From an uncultured Acidobacteriota bacterium (GTDB lineage Bacteria; Acidobacteriota; Blastocatellia; RBC074): a stretch of 64,000 bases of DNA. A model generated the notes under the pieces. That model made no database searches. It was not told the DNA's origin and was given only the letters and a program-made list of their open reading frames with translations. Within the stretch, counting starts at the first letter, position 1; every line of letters begins with the position of its first letter. Positions 1 through 10,687 of the stretch are shown here, one piece after another. A program made the position numbers and the translations under genes. The stretch lies in assembly GCA_963796275.1 (NCBI GenBank), contig CAWCKY010000007.1:928001-992000 (forward strand), given 5' to 3'.

Positions 1-1
1 C

Positions 2-184
2 GCCTTGCACAAGCTTGAGCAGGAAGGCTGGATTACTGCGGAATGGAAGCCGAGTGAGAATAATCGCCGCGCCAAGCTCTATTCGCTGACCCGACTCGGA
101 AGCCAGGAGCTGGAAAAAGAAGCTGCCAACTGGAATCGGCTCTCCACCGCTATCTCGCACGTGGTAAAACTCAAGGAGGCTTGA
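2..184 (+). CDS. PadR-family transcriptional regulator (acidobacterial type), 3' part
   Basis: Frame translates ALHKLEQEGWITAEWKPSENNRRAKLYSLTRLG...WNRLSTAISHVVKLKEA*, a typical PadR C-half directly upstream of an ADOP permease; truncated by the window edge. Confidence 0.85.
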   Translation, partial: ALHKLEQEGWITAEWKPSENNRRAKLYSLTRLGSQELEKEAANWNRLSTAISHVVKLKEA

Positions 185-187
185 GAA

Positions 188-2924
188 ATGCGTATTGAAC
201 GCTGGTTTTACACCATCCCATTGCGGTTACGCTCGCTGTTCCGCCGTTCCCAGGTGGAGCAGGAACTGGACGAGGAACTCAGCTATCACCTCGATCGACA
301 AATTGAAGAACACATCGCCAAAGGCATGACGCCGGAAGAGGCGCGCTATGCCGCAATGCGCGCCCTGGGTGGCGTCGAGCAGCGGAAGGAGGAGTGCCGC
401 GACGCTCGTGGAGTGCTGTGGCTTGAATATCTGTGGCAGGACCTGCGCTACGGCATTCGGATGCTGGTGAAGAATCCCGGCTTCACACTCACAGCTGCTA
501 TCTCATTGTCGGTAGGAATCGGAGTTAACTCCACCGTATTTGGTTTCGTCAACGCGATCTTATTCAAGTCAATTTCTGTTTCTAACAGCGAGGGGCTGGT
601 CTACGTTTTTGCAGGTGATCGCCGCAACCTGTATAGATCCTGCTCTTACCATAACGACATGCAATTTCGCGAACAGAATGACGTTTTTTCCGGGTTGGCG
701 GCTTACGCGGCGCCGCCTATGTTGATGACAACCGGTGAGCAGACCAAAGAAATAAGCTCAGAGGTAGTAACCGGAAACTACTTCTCTGTTTTTGACGTCC
801 CGATGCAGCGAGGACGAGCATTTACGGCTGCTCACGATCAATTGTCGTTCACTGAGCTCAACGCCGTGATTAGCGATAATTTCTGGAAACGGCGTTTCAA
901 CTCGGATCCGGACATAGTCGGCAAACAACTGATCCTCAACGGCAACAGGTTCTTCGTTATCGGGATCGCTTCGCCTGTGTTTACCGGTACTGACCCCACG
1001 AATATAACGGACATCTGGGTTCCCGTCACCCAATGGGCCACAATAGTTCCAAAGGTAGTCGCTGCACCAACCGTCGGACCATCTCCTCAAACAACCGGCG
1101 CCGCGCAACCCAACAACGCAGCCACAGCCCCGCAGGCACAGGACAATGGCAGACTTAGTCGCAGTCAGAATTGGTTGCAAATGGTCGGGCGCCTGAAACC
1201 GGGTGTTTCTCTAGAACAGGCCCAAGTAGTGATGACGTTGATCGCCAGCCGTTTGCAGGACTCCAATACAGCCGCGGACGAACAATATAGAATAACTCTT
1301 TCGTCAGTGACCGCGGTCCATCCTGAAATTCTTCACCAGGTAATTCCGGACGTGTTATTCGTGATGGCAGTAACAAGCCTCATTCTTATGATCTGTTGCG
1401 TCAACGTGTCCAGTCTGATGTTGTCGCGCGCGGTCGCTCGCCAGAAAGAGTTTGCAATCCGTATCGCCCTTGGCAGCAGTAGGCAGCGGCTCATTCGGCA
1501 ATTGTTAACCGAAGCCATGGTCCCTCTCACTCCTGGGCGGCATTCTCGGACTCGTGTTTGCTTATTGGACCACTCGCGCTGTACTCGGATTTATACCTCC
1601 TGGCGATCTCGGTCTTTCCGCTGGAGTCGCCCTAGATCAGCGAGTGCTCTGGTATTCGCTGGTGATCTCGGTGGTGACTGGTCTCCTCTCCGGATTGCCT
1701 CCCGCGTTGCATAGCTTTCGACCAAATCTTGTGCAATCGCTCGGAGCCGCAACCATGTCGAGCCGCAGCGGAAGGAGAAAGATCAACCTGCGGCGTGTGC
1801 TGGTGGTCATACAGATCGTCGCCTCTTTGGTTTTGTTGATTTCGACGGGACTATTCCTGCGCAGCTTTCAGGAAGGGCAGTCGATTAGCAAGAACTTCCT
1901 GAGCGACAAGATTTTGCTCCTCAACCTCAGTCCGGGTTACGGCTACTCCGTAAAATACAACAAGGCGTTTTACAGGCAGTTACTCGCCAGAATCGGCGCG
2001 ACACCGGGCGTGGAGTCGGTAACGTTGTCGAATGTACTACCGTTGACGATGTACAAGGACAACGTCTGGGTCAGCGTCGAAGGAAGAGAATCGAAAGACC
2101 TGCAGCGTGCAATCGTTGCGGAAAACTATTTTCAGACTCTTAAGATTCCGATTGTTCGTGGCCGGGAGTTTGACGCTTCTGATGACGGAGCTGCGAGCCG
2201 CGTAGTAATAATCAACGAAGCGATGGCTCGCACCTACTGGCCTGACGAGAATCCGCTCGGCAAAGTGATCGATATGGCGGGCAAGCCGTACGAGGTCATT
2301 GGAGTTGCGAAGGACAGTCCTTACAGTAGCTTCGGGAAAAGTTCAGAGCCATTTCTTTACTCCTGGCTTTATCAACGTCCCGACGAGAATGTTTCGTTGA
2401 TTGTTCGCACGTCTGGTCAACCTACAAGCATGATCGGTACAGTCCAGCGAGAGCTGAAGGAGCTCGGAGGAAACCTGCCGATATTCGATTTTAAGACTCT
2501 CAACGACGTGTCCAACTCTCAGCTCGTTCCCGTTAAAGCGGCTGTGGCTCTACTAAGCTTGCTCAGTTTAATCGGGCTGATCGTGGCGTCGATAGGAATT
2601 TACGGCGTTACCTCTTATGCCTACAACCAGCGGCGACGCGAGATCGGTATTCGCATGTCGCTGGGAGCGCAGCGCACCGATATCTTGCGACTGATTATGA
2701 AAGAAGGTGTGAGCCTGGCACTCGTGGGTATCGGAATCGGAGTGTTGCTGGCTTTGGGCACCACGCATTTAGTGTCGCGGATCCTCTATGGTGTCAGCCC
2801 GGTTGATCCAATCGTGTTTATCGTGGTATCGGCACTGCTCGCCGCGGTGGCGATCGGGGCGAGTTTGGTCCCCGCCCTCACGGCAGCGAAGTCGAATCCG
2901 GTAGAGCTGCTTAGATACGAATAA
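188..2924 (+). CDS. ADOP-family duplicated ABC permease (MacB/FtsX-like), frameshifted at ~1522
   Basis: EQELDEEL..HL prefix, WQDLRYGIRMLVKNPGF, RQKEFAIRIALG, RRREIGIRMSLGA, NPVELLRYE end; removing one C from ccc at 1522-1524 joins ORFs 188..1714 and 1554..2924 (EAMVLSLLGGILGLVFAYW). Confidence 0.88.
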
Positions 2925-2989
2925 AGTGGCTTTGCACAAAAAGTCAGTTCTGGTTCTTTAAGGTCTTTGCTCCGTAGGAGCAGGATGTT

Positions 2990-3300
2990 TATAGCTCCGA
3001 GATAGTAGACCTTTTGAAACGGAGCCGGGCCGCTGATATTGCCATTGCCATTCACGACGATGAGATATTCTCCGGGCGGAATATTCTCCAGTTGATAACC
3101 TCCCTGGAAATTCGTATAACCGAACTGCCAGGAAGCGGTGGAACCCGACGGATAGTGCAACAGAGAACAGACAACTGCTCAGCGCGCTTCCCTTTCGGTT
3201 GTAGAGCCAGGGACATATTGGGTAGTAGGCGCCCATCGGCATCTCGCACGTTTCCGGCCTAGAGTGTCAAGGAGAGATTGAACGGATGGTCGATATGCTA
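2990..3300 (-). pseudogene. Degenerate fragment of a carboxypeptidase-regulatory-like domain protein
   Basis: Fragment GYTNFQGGYQLENIPPGEYLIVVN...PFQKVYY with an upstream piece (DADGRLLPNMSLALQP) in another frame; no intact ORF. Confidence 0.4.
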
Positions 3301-3755
3301 ACAATTTAGAATGGAAAAAGATGTCGCATAGGTGTTTCGTTCCGGTCAGGACCATGGGCAACGTACAAATTCCCTTTGACACTCCAGCCCCTATTTATTG
3401 TACATGTGGAGAGAGCAACCGAAGGTCTTAGCAAGTTGGGCCGCCTGCTGGTCAGTGGGGTAGAATTTATATTTGAATGCCTTCTGCACTACAAAAATAT
3501 TTTATCTCACATAGATGCTGTGGTAAGGCCCGTTAATCGTGGACGAAGCGCTCACGATGCGAAATTTATCTCCATCCAAGCTCGCCAAGATGCTTGCTAT
3601 GGATGGAGCATTCTTTCGCGGATTTTGATAAATTGTCACTCGCCCTTTGACTGGAATGCTGGGCTCATGCGACTGTTGCTTGGTCGTAGCAAGACCACTA
3701 GCGCGACTACATCGCATGGGGAGTTTTCTTTTTTTGTGAATATGGGGAGATTGAA

Positions 3756-4523
3756 ATGAAGACATCCTTGAGCGCCAAGGAGACAATGCCCGTTAATGAG
3801 ATGCAAATGTACTATGAGATACATGGGCAAGGAGAGCCACTGGTCCTGCTGCACGGCTTCACTGGATCGGGCGCCAATTGGGAGCTCATCTTTAAGGCAC
3901 CGCCCAATGGATATCAACTGATCATCCCAGATCTGCGCGGCCACGGCCGGTCAACCAATCCATCAATAGTATTTACGCACCGCCAATCCGCGCTCGACGT
4001 GTTTGCATTGCTCGATCGATTGAAGATAGAGCGATTCAAGGCAATTGGCATGAGCTGTGGAGCCAAGACTCTCCTTCATCTGGCCACTCAACAACCGAAC
4101 CGAGTTGAGTCCATGGTGTTGATCAGTGCCGCGCACTATTTCCCAGAACTGGCCCGAGCCCTCATGCGCCAAATGACGGTTGACAGCCGAACAGATGAAG
4201 AATGGCAATTCATGCGACAACAACATAAACACGGCGATGATCAGATTCGAGCTTTGTGGACGCAAGGCAATGCCTTCAAAGATAGCTACGACGATATGAA
4301 TTTCACGCCTCCCTATTTGTCGACCATCACAGCCCGTACCCTGATTGTACATGGTGATCGGGACCCCCTCTATCCAGTCGACATTTCGATAGAAATGTAC
4401 AAAGCGATTGGTCAGTCGTATCTCTGGATCATTCCGAACGGTGGACATGTCCCAATCCTTGGCGAGATGGCAGACCGTTTTGCCGAGACCTCGTTAGCAT
4501 TCTTGCGCGGCGAATGGCATTAA
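3756..4523 (+). CDS. Alpha/beta fold hydrolase
   Basis: GQGEPLVLLHGF, PDLRGHGRS, nucleophile GMSCG, HGDRD, GGH. Confidence 0.9.
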   Translation: MKTSLSAKETMPVNEMQMYYEIHGQGEPLVLLHGFTGSGANWELIFKAPPNGYQLIIPDLRGHGRSTNPSIVFTHRQSALDVFALLDRLKIERFKAIGMSCGAKTLLHLATQQPNRVESMVLISAAHYFPELARALMRQMTVDSRTDEEWQFMRQQHKHGDDQIRALWTQGNAFKDSYDDMNFTPPYLSTITARTLIVHGDRDPLYPVDISIEMYKAIGQSYLWIIPNGGHVPILGEMADRFAETSLAFLRGEWH

Positions 4524-4924
4524 ACTGATCATTCCACCAGGCACTGACACTTTATAGGTTAAACGTCTGACTCTTTGTGCTTTTAGTGACACCAAGCCCA
4601 AGAGCGAAGATCACGACTCCGAAGACAGTCAGTATATGGTTAAGTAATAATCTGTGGATTAAGGCAAAAGTTTGGCCGTGAAACGGACCATAGTCTGGCC
4701 AAGCCACGAGGATTCTACAGGGCTTAGAGACACTCCCGGAATCCTGGGGGACTGCAAAATCAACCATAGTTCGACCGAGCGATGGGCTGCGAGATCCACG
4801 CGCTCAGATCTGCTGGCGTCAGGAAATTCGCTTGCGGCCTTGGGGCAGCGAAGTCGCGTCGAGTGATGAGACCTGGCTCGAACGGTCGGACCGGCATCCG
4901 GCCCGGAGAACTCATCGACCGAGT

Positions 4925-5698
4925 TCAGTTTTCGAAATAGGTCCCACTAATTGAGATGGCCAAGACATATCTGCATGATCGGGTGATCTCCCCGAAGACG
5001 GCCTTCACATCCTGAAGCTCCTGAACGTTGGTTGTCATATGTGGGCCGGTATGTCTCATCTGGATGGAGTCCATCCAACTGAGATCAACGGTCTCTTTCT
5101 CGGCATATGCAACGACCATGGCCAACCCGTTCTGATAGTACGGGCCTGGGGGGCTCAGATCGGAGACTAGGTGTTTGCGGTTGCGATCTCCGCCGGAAGG
5201 CGGTACGGGGTAACCACGATGGTAACCACGACGCAGATCATCATAGTCGGTCATGATTCTTTGAATGGAACTGTAGTCGGGCGAAGTCCAGCCGTGATGA
5301 TTGAGCAGCATCTCAAATTTGATCATTTGCGCTTGAAAATCGCCATTGAAACCATAGAACTGTGTGGCGCGAAACTCGCAGCGATGAGCATACGAATCCA
5401 CGATCTTCCACTTGGCTTCCCCTTGGTAGCACTGATCGTGAGTGGCGATCGCATATCTGGTGAAACCCGGGATGGTATCCAACACCTTGAATGTTGCCTC
5501 GATGTCATTCTTCATGGAAGCCCTGCGATTGATAATCGCTGGGTTCTTGAGGTCCGGTGCCGGGATTCTGCGTTTGCGCATCCCTTCGAGGCCACCAGAG
5601 AATACAAAAGGTAGATAGACATAGAAAAATAGGGGCGGGATGGCCAGCACTGTCAGGATCAGTGAACTGATCACAATCGCCTTCTTCTTTCGACCCAT
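4925..5698 (-). CDS. Hypothetical protein with N-terminal membrane anchor
   Basis: Long ORF; MGRKKKAIVISSLILTVLAIPPLFFYVY basic plus hydrophobic N-terminus, ggagg RBS upstream of 5698. Confidence 0.6.
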   Translation of the reverse strand: MGRKKKAIVISSLILTVLAIPPLFFYVYLPFVFSGGLEGMRKRRIPAPDLKNPAIINRRASMKNDIEATFKVLDTIPGFTRYAIATHDQCYQGEAKWKIVDSYAHRCEFRATQFYGFNGDFQAQMIKFEMLLNHHGWTSPDYSSIQRIMTDYDDLRRGYHRGYPVPPSGGDRNRKHLVSDLSPPGPYYQNGLAMVVAYAEKETVDLSWMDSIQMRHTGPHMTTNVQELQDVKAVFGEITRSCRYVLAISISGTYFEN

Positions 5699-6118
5699 TC
5701 TTACCTCCGGAAATTCAGAAGCTGGGAAGAGCCACAATTGGGGCACTATAACACACCGAAATGAAATCCCAGAGAAAAGACTGCTGCCAAGGTAGCGTCC
5801 CATGTGGTCTGTGGGTTGCAGATCGATCAAATTCTGTCCTTCGCGGCCATTCTATGGTTTAGCTTATATAATCTTCTGTGTCCAATTTATGATTTGATCT
5901 CGTTATCAGACGCAGGACGCACCAGAACTCCGGGAGCGAGGTAAAATTTTTTATATGCAATTGTCAAAAAAGTTCACGTCCGGGCTGTGACTGTGATGTA
6001 TGAAATCTTTATCGGCCGTTTCTTCAACCGAATTGAATTGATTTGATCGGTGATATAATCCATTCCGACATTGCTTACTAATATTTTAACTTTTATTTAA
6101 TCGTTACGATTTTAATCG

Positions 6119-8500
6119 ATGTATATACGCCGAATGCCTTGGAGACTTTTCTTTTCCATCTTCAAGGAAGCGTTACCATTCATTACGCTCTCTTTTTTCA
6201 TACTCACCACGCTGGTATTTATTCAGCAGGTTAGTAAGACTTCGAATTTTCCGTTGTTATTTCATGTTACACCTCTGATCACCTATCGTTTTCTGCTGAG
6301 TTTGATTCCCAATATAGTGGTAATCACGCTGCCGATCGCGTTGCTGATCGGCACCGTCATCACGTGCAGCCGTTTATCATCTGATGGCGAGCTGACGGCC
6401 GCGCAATCACTGAGCGTCAGTAAATTCAATCTCGCTCTGCCGTTCATTACTCTGGGACTTCTCGGCACTATGCTCACATTTTATCTTTCAAGCTACGTAA
6501 CCCCGAGCGCAATGAAAGAGCTGAAAGCGTTAAGAGATACAGTGTTGATCCATGCGGCTCGTACGCGGATCAGGCCCGACACTTTCATCGACTCTTTTCC
6601 CGATGTGCTGTTATACGTCCAGGATGTAGATACTCGCACCGGCGAATGGCTCGGCGTCTTCATTCTTCAACATGATGCGCAGCACGGCGTCTCAAAACTG
6701 CTGACTTCCGAGAGGGGGCAACTGACTCTCACTACGACCCCTACGATTACACTCGAGGCGGCGCTCTATAGCGGGTTATCCCTGGAGAGCAAGCTGACGC
6801 AAAACACGACGTCAGAGGATTCTAACTCTCAAACCGTAATTAAATTCGACAAATTCACAATCCAGTTATCCGGAAAAGGAGCGGGTGGGAACGGGGCCCA
6901 AGATTCTACGGAGATGTCCGAGATGACACTGAGTGAGGTCGCGCGGGTTGCAAGAGGGAATGGTAAAGATAAACTTCAAGCCAGGGTTGAATGGCACAGA
7001 CGACTCGCTTTTTCGTTTGCCTCTCTGACGCTGACTTGCATAACTTTTATTATAGCTCTTAGAGGCAAAAGGTTATCGACGCGACCGCGAACCGTCATCC
7101 TTATACTGTTTGTCGCGATGGCATTCTACCTGCTACTGATTGCCGGACAAAACCTGGCACTCTCAGGCGCGGTTCCCGCCTGGCTGGGCACCTGGTTTTC
7201 CACCCTATTGATCGCAGCCTATGTAATCAAGTCGTTTATTACTAATAAGCAATTTATATCTTTTTCCTTCGCTCCCGGTTTATTCGCCTGGTTTCCCAGT
7301 TCCCTACCCTTTTCGCCCTCCACGGACGGTGGGAACAAGAAAAAAAATTGGATAAGTATCAGCCCGGCCCGGCGTAGATTGATACCATCTGGTTTCAGCA
7401 TTCTGAATCTCATAAACTACATGATAGTAAGTGAGATCGCCAAATATTTTCTCCTGACTCTGATGGCGCTGGTTGTCACATCGATCATCTTCACCCTCTT
7501 CGACCTCATACCGTCAATGGCAAAGAGCGGAACTACTATAGGTTATGCCGCCAGCTATCTCGCCTATCTTGCACCGCAGTTTGCCTACACCGTATCACCG
7601 TTCGCGATGTTGGTTGCGATATTGATGGGATGCAGTGTCCTGGCCAGAAGCAATCAGCTCGTCGTCATCGCGAGCGCGGGACAGAGCAAGATGCGAAGCA
7701 CTACAGCGATTATGGTTGCCGCGCTCACCTTGGGATTCGGCCTCTGGTTCTTTTCCGATTACCTGCTTCCTTTTACGAATCGCGAGCAGGATGTACGCTA
7801 TCATAAAATCAAGAACAAGCAGTTGGAACAAACTACCATTGCCTTTGGGAAGAAATGGGTATTCGGACAAAACAATATCATCTACAGTTACCAGCGGATC
7901 GAAGGCAATAATAATCTGGTTAATGCTTCCATGTATTACCTCTCTCCCAAAAAAGGAGTGATCGAAAGAGCCACGCACTTTGGTGACGCAGTCCAACAAT
8001 CGCCCAATTTGTGGCGAGCGACAAATGGATGGATAGACATCATCAAACCCGATCTCGAAATAGCCAGAGAGAAACTGGATAACGGCAATCAACTTATTCG
8101 CATAGAGGATGGTCCCAACCTCTTCAGGCGGATGGTGAACGAATCGAGCAAAATGGCTTCAAGGGATCTGGATAACTACATCAAACAATTGGCTGGAATT
8201 GGAATTTCAACGATCGACTATAAGATAGACCTTCTGAAAAGGCTGGCGTTTCCCTTCTCCTGCTTATCTCTCGCTCTCATGGCAATGCCGTTTGCCATCA
8301 CCAAGCGCGCAAGAAGATCGACTCCTATTATGAGTATTACGCTTGGCGTCGGCATCAGCGTGGCATTCTTGTTTCTGATGACATTTTTCGAGGCCGCTGC
8401 CAAGCAGGCAAGCTTACCTGTAACTTTGGCGGTATGGGGCCCACAAATACTCATGCTCGCGTTTGGAATGTACCTGAATTTTCGATACCGCTCACAATAG
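6119..8500 (+). CDS. Fused LptF-LptG LPS export permease
   Basis: Two repeats of 3TM-jellyroll-3TM; RLSSDGELTA and LARSNQLVVIASAG motifs; EWHRRLAFSFA, KRLAFPFSCL. Confidence 0.88.
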   Translation: MYIRRMPWRLFFSIFKEALPFITLSFFILTTLVFIQQVSKTSNFPLLFHVTPLITYRFLLSLIPNIVVITLPIALLIGTVITCSRLSSDGELTAAQSLSVSKFNLALPFITLGLLGTMLTFYLSSYVTPSAMKELKALRDTVLIHAARTRIRPDTFIDSFPDVLLYVQDVDTRTGEWLGVFILQHDAQHGVSKLLTSERGQLTLTTTPTITLEAALYSGLSLESKLTQNTTSEDSNSQTVIKFDKFTIQLSGKGAGGNGAQDSTEMSEMTLSEVARVARGNGKDKLQARVEWHRRLAFSFASLTLTCITFIIALRGKRLSTRPRTVILILFVAMAFYLLLIAGQNLALSGAVPAWLGTWFSTLLIAAYVIKSFITNKQFISFSFAPGLFAWFPSSLPFSPSTDGGNKKKNWISISPARRRLIPSGFSILNLINYMIVSEIAKYFLLTLMALVVTSIIFTLFDLIPSMAKSGTTIGYAASYLAYLAPQFAYTVSPFAMLVAILMGCSVLARSNQLVVIASAGQSKMRSTTAIMVAALTLGFGLWFFSDYLLPFTNREQDVRYHKIKNKQLEQTTIAFGKKWVFGQNNIIYSYQRIEGNNNLVNASMYYLSPKKGVIERATHFGDAVQQSPNLWRATNGWIDIIKPDLEIAREKLDNGNQLIRIEDGPNLFRRMVNESSKMASRDLDNYIKQLAGIGISTIDYKIDLLKRLAFPFSCLSLALMAMPFAITKRARRSTPIMSITLGVGISVAFLFLMTFFEAAAKQASLPVTLAVWGPQILMLAFGMYLNFRYRSQ

Positions 8501-8611
8501 GCATAAAAAATCGAGATGTTGCGCGAGTTCTTCAACGATGGCGTTCTCCCATGTTGGCACAAGTTGTAGCCTTGCCAGCTGCCGTCCGATCTCTGGTTTC
8601 CTGCCAGGCAT
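8497..8611 (-). pseudogene. Truncated N-terminal fragment of an ADOP-type permease
   Basis: MPGRKPEIGRQLARLQLVPTWENAIVEELAQHLD resembles the ADOP permease-prefix (EEL..HL) and ends at the lptFG stop. Confidence 0.6.
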
Positions 8612-8660
8612 CGCGGTTCTTCCTTCGGCTTTTGATCTGCTTGGCGTTTTTCGCACCTTT

Positions 8661-9389
8661 TCATTTGGAGACGCGCAGATTGGTGAAGTGCGCGACCGTT
8701 CCTGTCCCAACCCATAACGCAATCTGGCCCTGGCTTTGTCCTTGTTTGAGATCGTTGACAACTAACACAGGCTGCGGCGCGTCATGCACGTACAAGCGCG
8801 CTTTGTCGCCGCGCACTTCGATCTTCACTTTCGTCCACTCGCCCGGCACGAGGTCTACGTAGCTTTCGTACTTTTCCGGGAACTCCTTGCGCAATCGGGG
8901 CCAGGGGAAGTCCGGGTAAGAGATGTACTGCGTCGAATGGTTGCGCCGCACCTGATCGTCGGCGCGGCCATTGGTCGGGCGCAGGTAAAAGCATTCATAT
9001 TGGGCCGCGTCAGCCGCAACGCGAAAGGCAACGCCAACAAAGCCGCGCGCTCCTGCGCCCGCATTGGCAGCAGGTTCGCCCGTCAACTCGATTTCGATCA
9101 CGCCGTCCTGAAATTGAGTCTTGTTCAAGACAACGAGTTGAATTCCGTCGGCGACGTTGGCCGGTGCAGCGTCAGTTGCGCGCAACGCTTTTCGACCCTT
9201 GTAACTCACCTGTTCCGTTTTCACATTGCGGGGCTGCATTTCGCTCGGATTGTCCAGTCGAATGGTTGTCGTCTTGACCTGTGTGAATCCAGTACCCAGC
9301 ACCATTGTCAGCACAGTCATCAGGATGAAGCGCGGTTGTTTCATTAACCGGCACGCACGGAAGTGCCGGTCTTGCCGAAGTCTTTGCAT
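8661..9389 (-). CDS. DUF1080-like (LamG/concanavalin-fold) protein with ADOP-derived leader
   Basis: aaggagg RBS; F..GVIEIEL, GFVGVAFRV, YECFYLRPTNG, GEWTKVKIEV, GQIALWVG..AHFTNLRV. Confidence 0.7.
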   Translation of the reverse strand: MQRLRQDRHFRACRLMKQPRFILMTVLTMVLGTGFTQVKTTTIRLDNPSEMQPRNVKTEQVSYKGRKALRATDAAPANVADGIQLVVLNKTQFQDGVIEIELTGEPAANAGAGARGFVGVAFRVAADAAQYECFYLRPTNGRADDQVRRNHSTQYISYPDFPWPRLRKEFPEKYESYVDLVPGEWTKVKIEVRGDKARLYVHDAPQPVLVVNDLKQGQSQGQIALWVGTGTVAHFTNLRVSK

Positions 9390-9419
9390 GGTTCCTCCTT
9401 TTATTATTGTGTTTCGGGC

Positions 9420-9640
9420 ATTCGCTTCGTAAAGCAATCATCGGGTCTACCTTTGTCGCCCGCCGCGCCGGCACGTAGCAGGCCAGCAGCGCAATGGCGA
9501 CCAGCAACAGCGCGATTCCTGCGAACGTCAAAGGGTCGTTTGCGCTGACGCGAAATAATAGACTGGACATCCAGCGCGTGAGGAAGAACGCCGACGACAA
9601 GCCAATCACGATGCCGAATACACCGACGGCAATGCATTTT
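9420..9640 (-). pseudogene. C-terminal remnant of an ADOP permease
   Basis: LTRWMSSLLFRVSANDPLTFAGIALLLVAIALLACYVPARRATKVDPMIALRSE is the canonical ADOP C-terminus; the 5' part is missing. Confidence 0.8.
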
Positions 9641-9803
9641 GTTTCCTGTGCAAGCGATACGGTCCGATATGCCTTCCTTCCACCGCGCGGCTATGCCAGA
9701 CAGTCATTGGCGAGCAGACGTTCGACCTCGGCCAGCAGCCCTGATCGCCGGCGCAAACTTTGCCGGTGTTCTGACGGCATTTCTCCTAGAGCCTTGTCAA
9801 TTG

Positions 9804-10394
9804 CTATTCCGGAAGTTTCCCCTTCAATGCCTCAACTCGAAACGAGTTCATGGCAATGACGCTTCCCCATGCGGGCCCGATTCCAACAGCTGCCTCAAGC
9901 TTCTCAAAGTTGCCGTACCTTCGGGCGCGCTCCTTCCCATCGACGAGCACGCGCATCCCATTGGGATACATTTCCCAGGCTATGTCATGGTAGACGTTCG
10001 GCTCAATCTTTCCCTGGTTATCAACGCCGATTACCTCGTTCGTTGCAGGATCATGGAAGCGCAGTTCGTCTTCGTTCACTTCCCAGTTGAAAATCAGAAC
10101 CCCTGCGTTGTAGTAGAGGCGCAGATTCGTGGAATCCGTTTTCGCCTTGACGCGAAGCACGAACGGGGGTTTGTGCTCTTTTGCGGTTAGGACTTGCGCC
10201 CGATCATCGTCAGGCCCTTTCAAAACGATCGTGTTCTCCTGCTTGATTACCTCACAGCCCCACGTGCGAACAAGCTGCGGAAACTCGCCGGCTGGAACCG
10301 CAGGCAGCTGCTTCAGTGCATCCCCACTCTTTGATAGAGGGGGGAATGCAACCAAGAGGCACAGCACAAAGATGAACAACCCACTTACCGACAT
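9804..10394 (-). CDS. Secreted hypothetical protein, probable beta-sandwich (LamG-like)
   Basis: gaggagg RBS, signal-like MSVSGLFIFVLCLLVAFP, beta-rich sequence. Confidence 0.6.
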   Translation of the reverse strand: MSVSGLFIFVLCLLVAFPPLSKSGDALKQLPAVPAGEFPQLVRTWGCEVIKQENTIVLKGPDDDRAQVLTAKEHKPPFVLRVKAKTDSTNLRLYYNAGVLIFNWEVNEDELRFHDPATNEVIGVDNQGKIEPNVYHDIAWEMYPNGMRVLVDGKERARRYGNFEKLEAAVGIGPAWGSVIAMNSFRVEALKGKLPE

Positions 10395-10447
10395 GATGAT
10401 TCCTCCTCGATGAAAGTTCCAAACTACTCTTAGGCGGACGCCCAAAC

Positions 10448-10481
10448 TTCTTTTAGTGGAAACTCGTTTCCACTAAAAGAA
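10448..10481. repeat. Perfect 16-bp inverted repeat (REP-like hairpin or operator)
   Basis: ttcttttagtggaaac-tc-gtttccactaaaagaa. Confidence 0.75.
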
Positions 10482-10687
10482 ACGACTTTCCGCGGATGGA
10501 AAGTTTCACCTTTTCACTAACTGAAAATTTTTGCTAACTGGCTTATTCACAAGAAGGAAGGCAAAGTGACAGGTGATTAAGCATAAATAAACGCCCATAC
10601 GAAAAGCGAACTATAGTGAAAACGATGTCCAGTGCTCAGCTAAGCAGGCAGCCTTAATGCATGAAAAAAAGTCACAATATCCCCTAT

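Noticed and set aside
6119-8500. LptF-LptG fusion as a novelty or T6SS component
   Set aside because: Such fusions are known in Acidobacteria; opposite strand and housekeeping role
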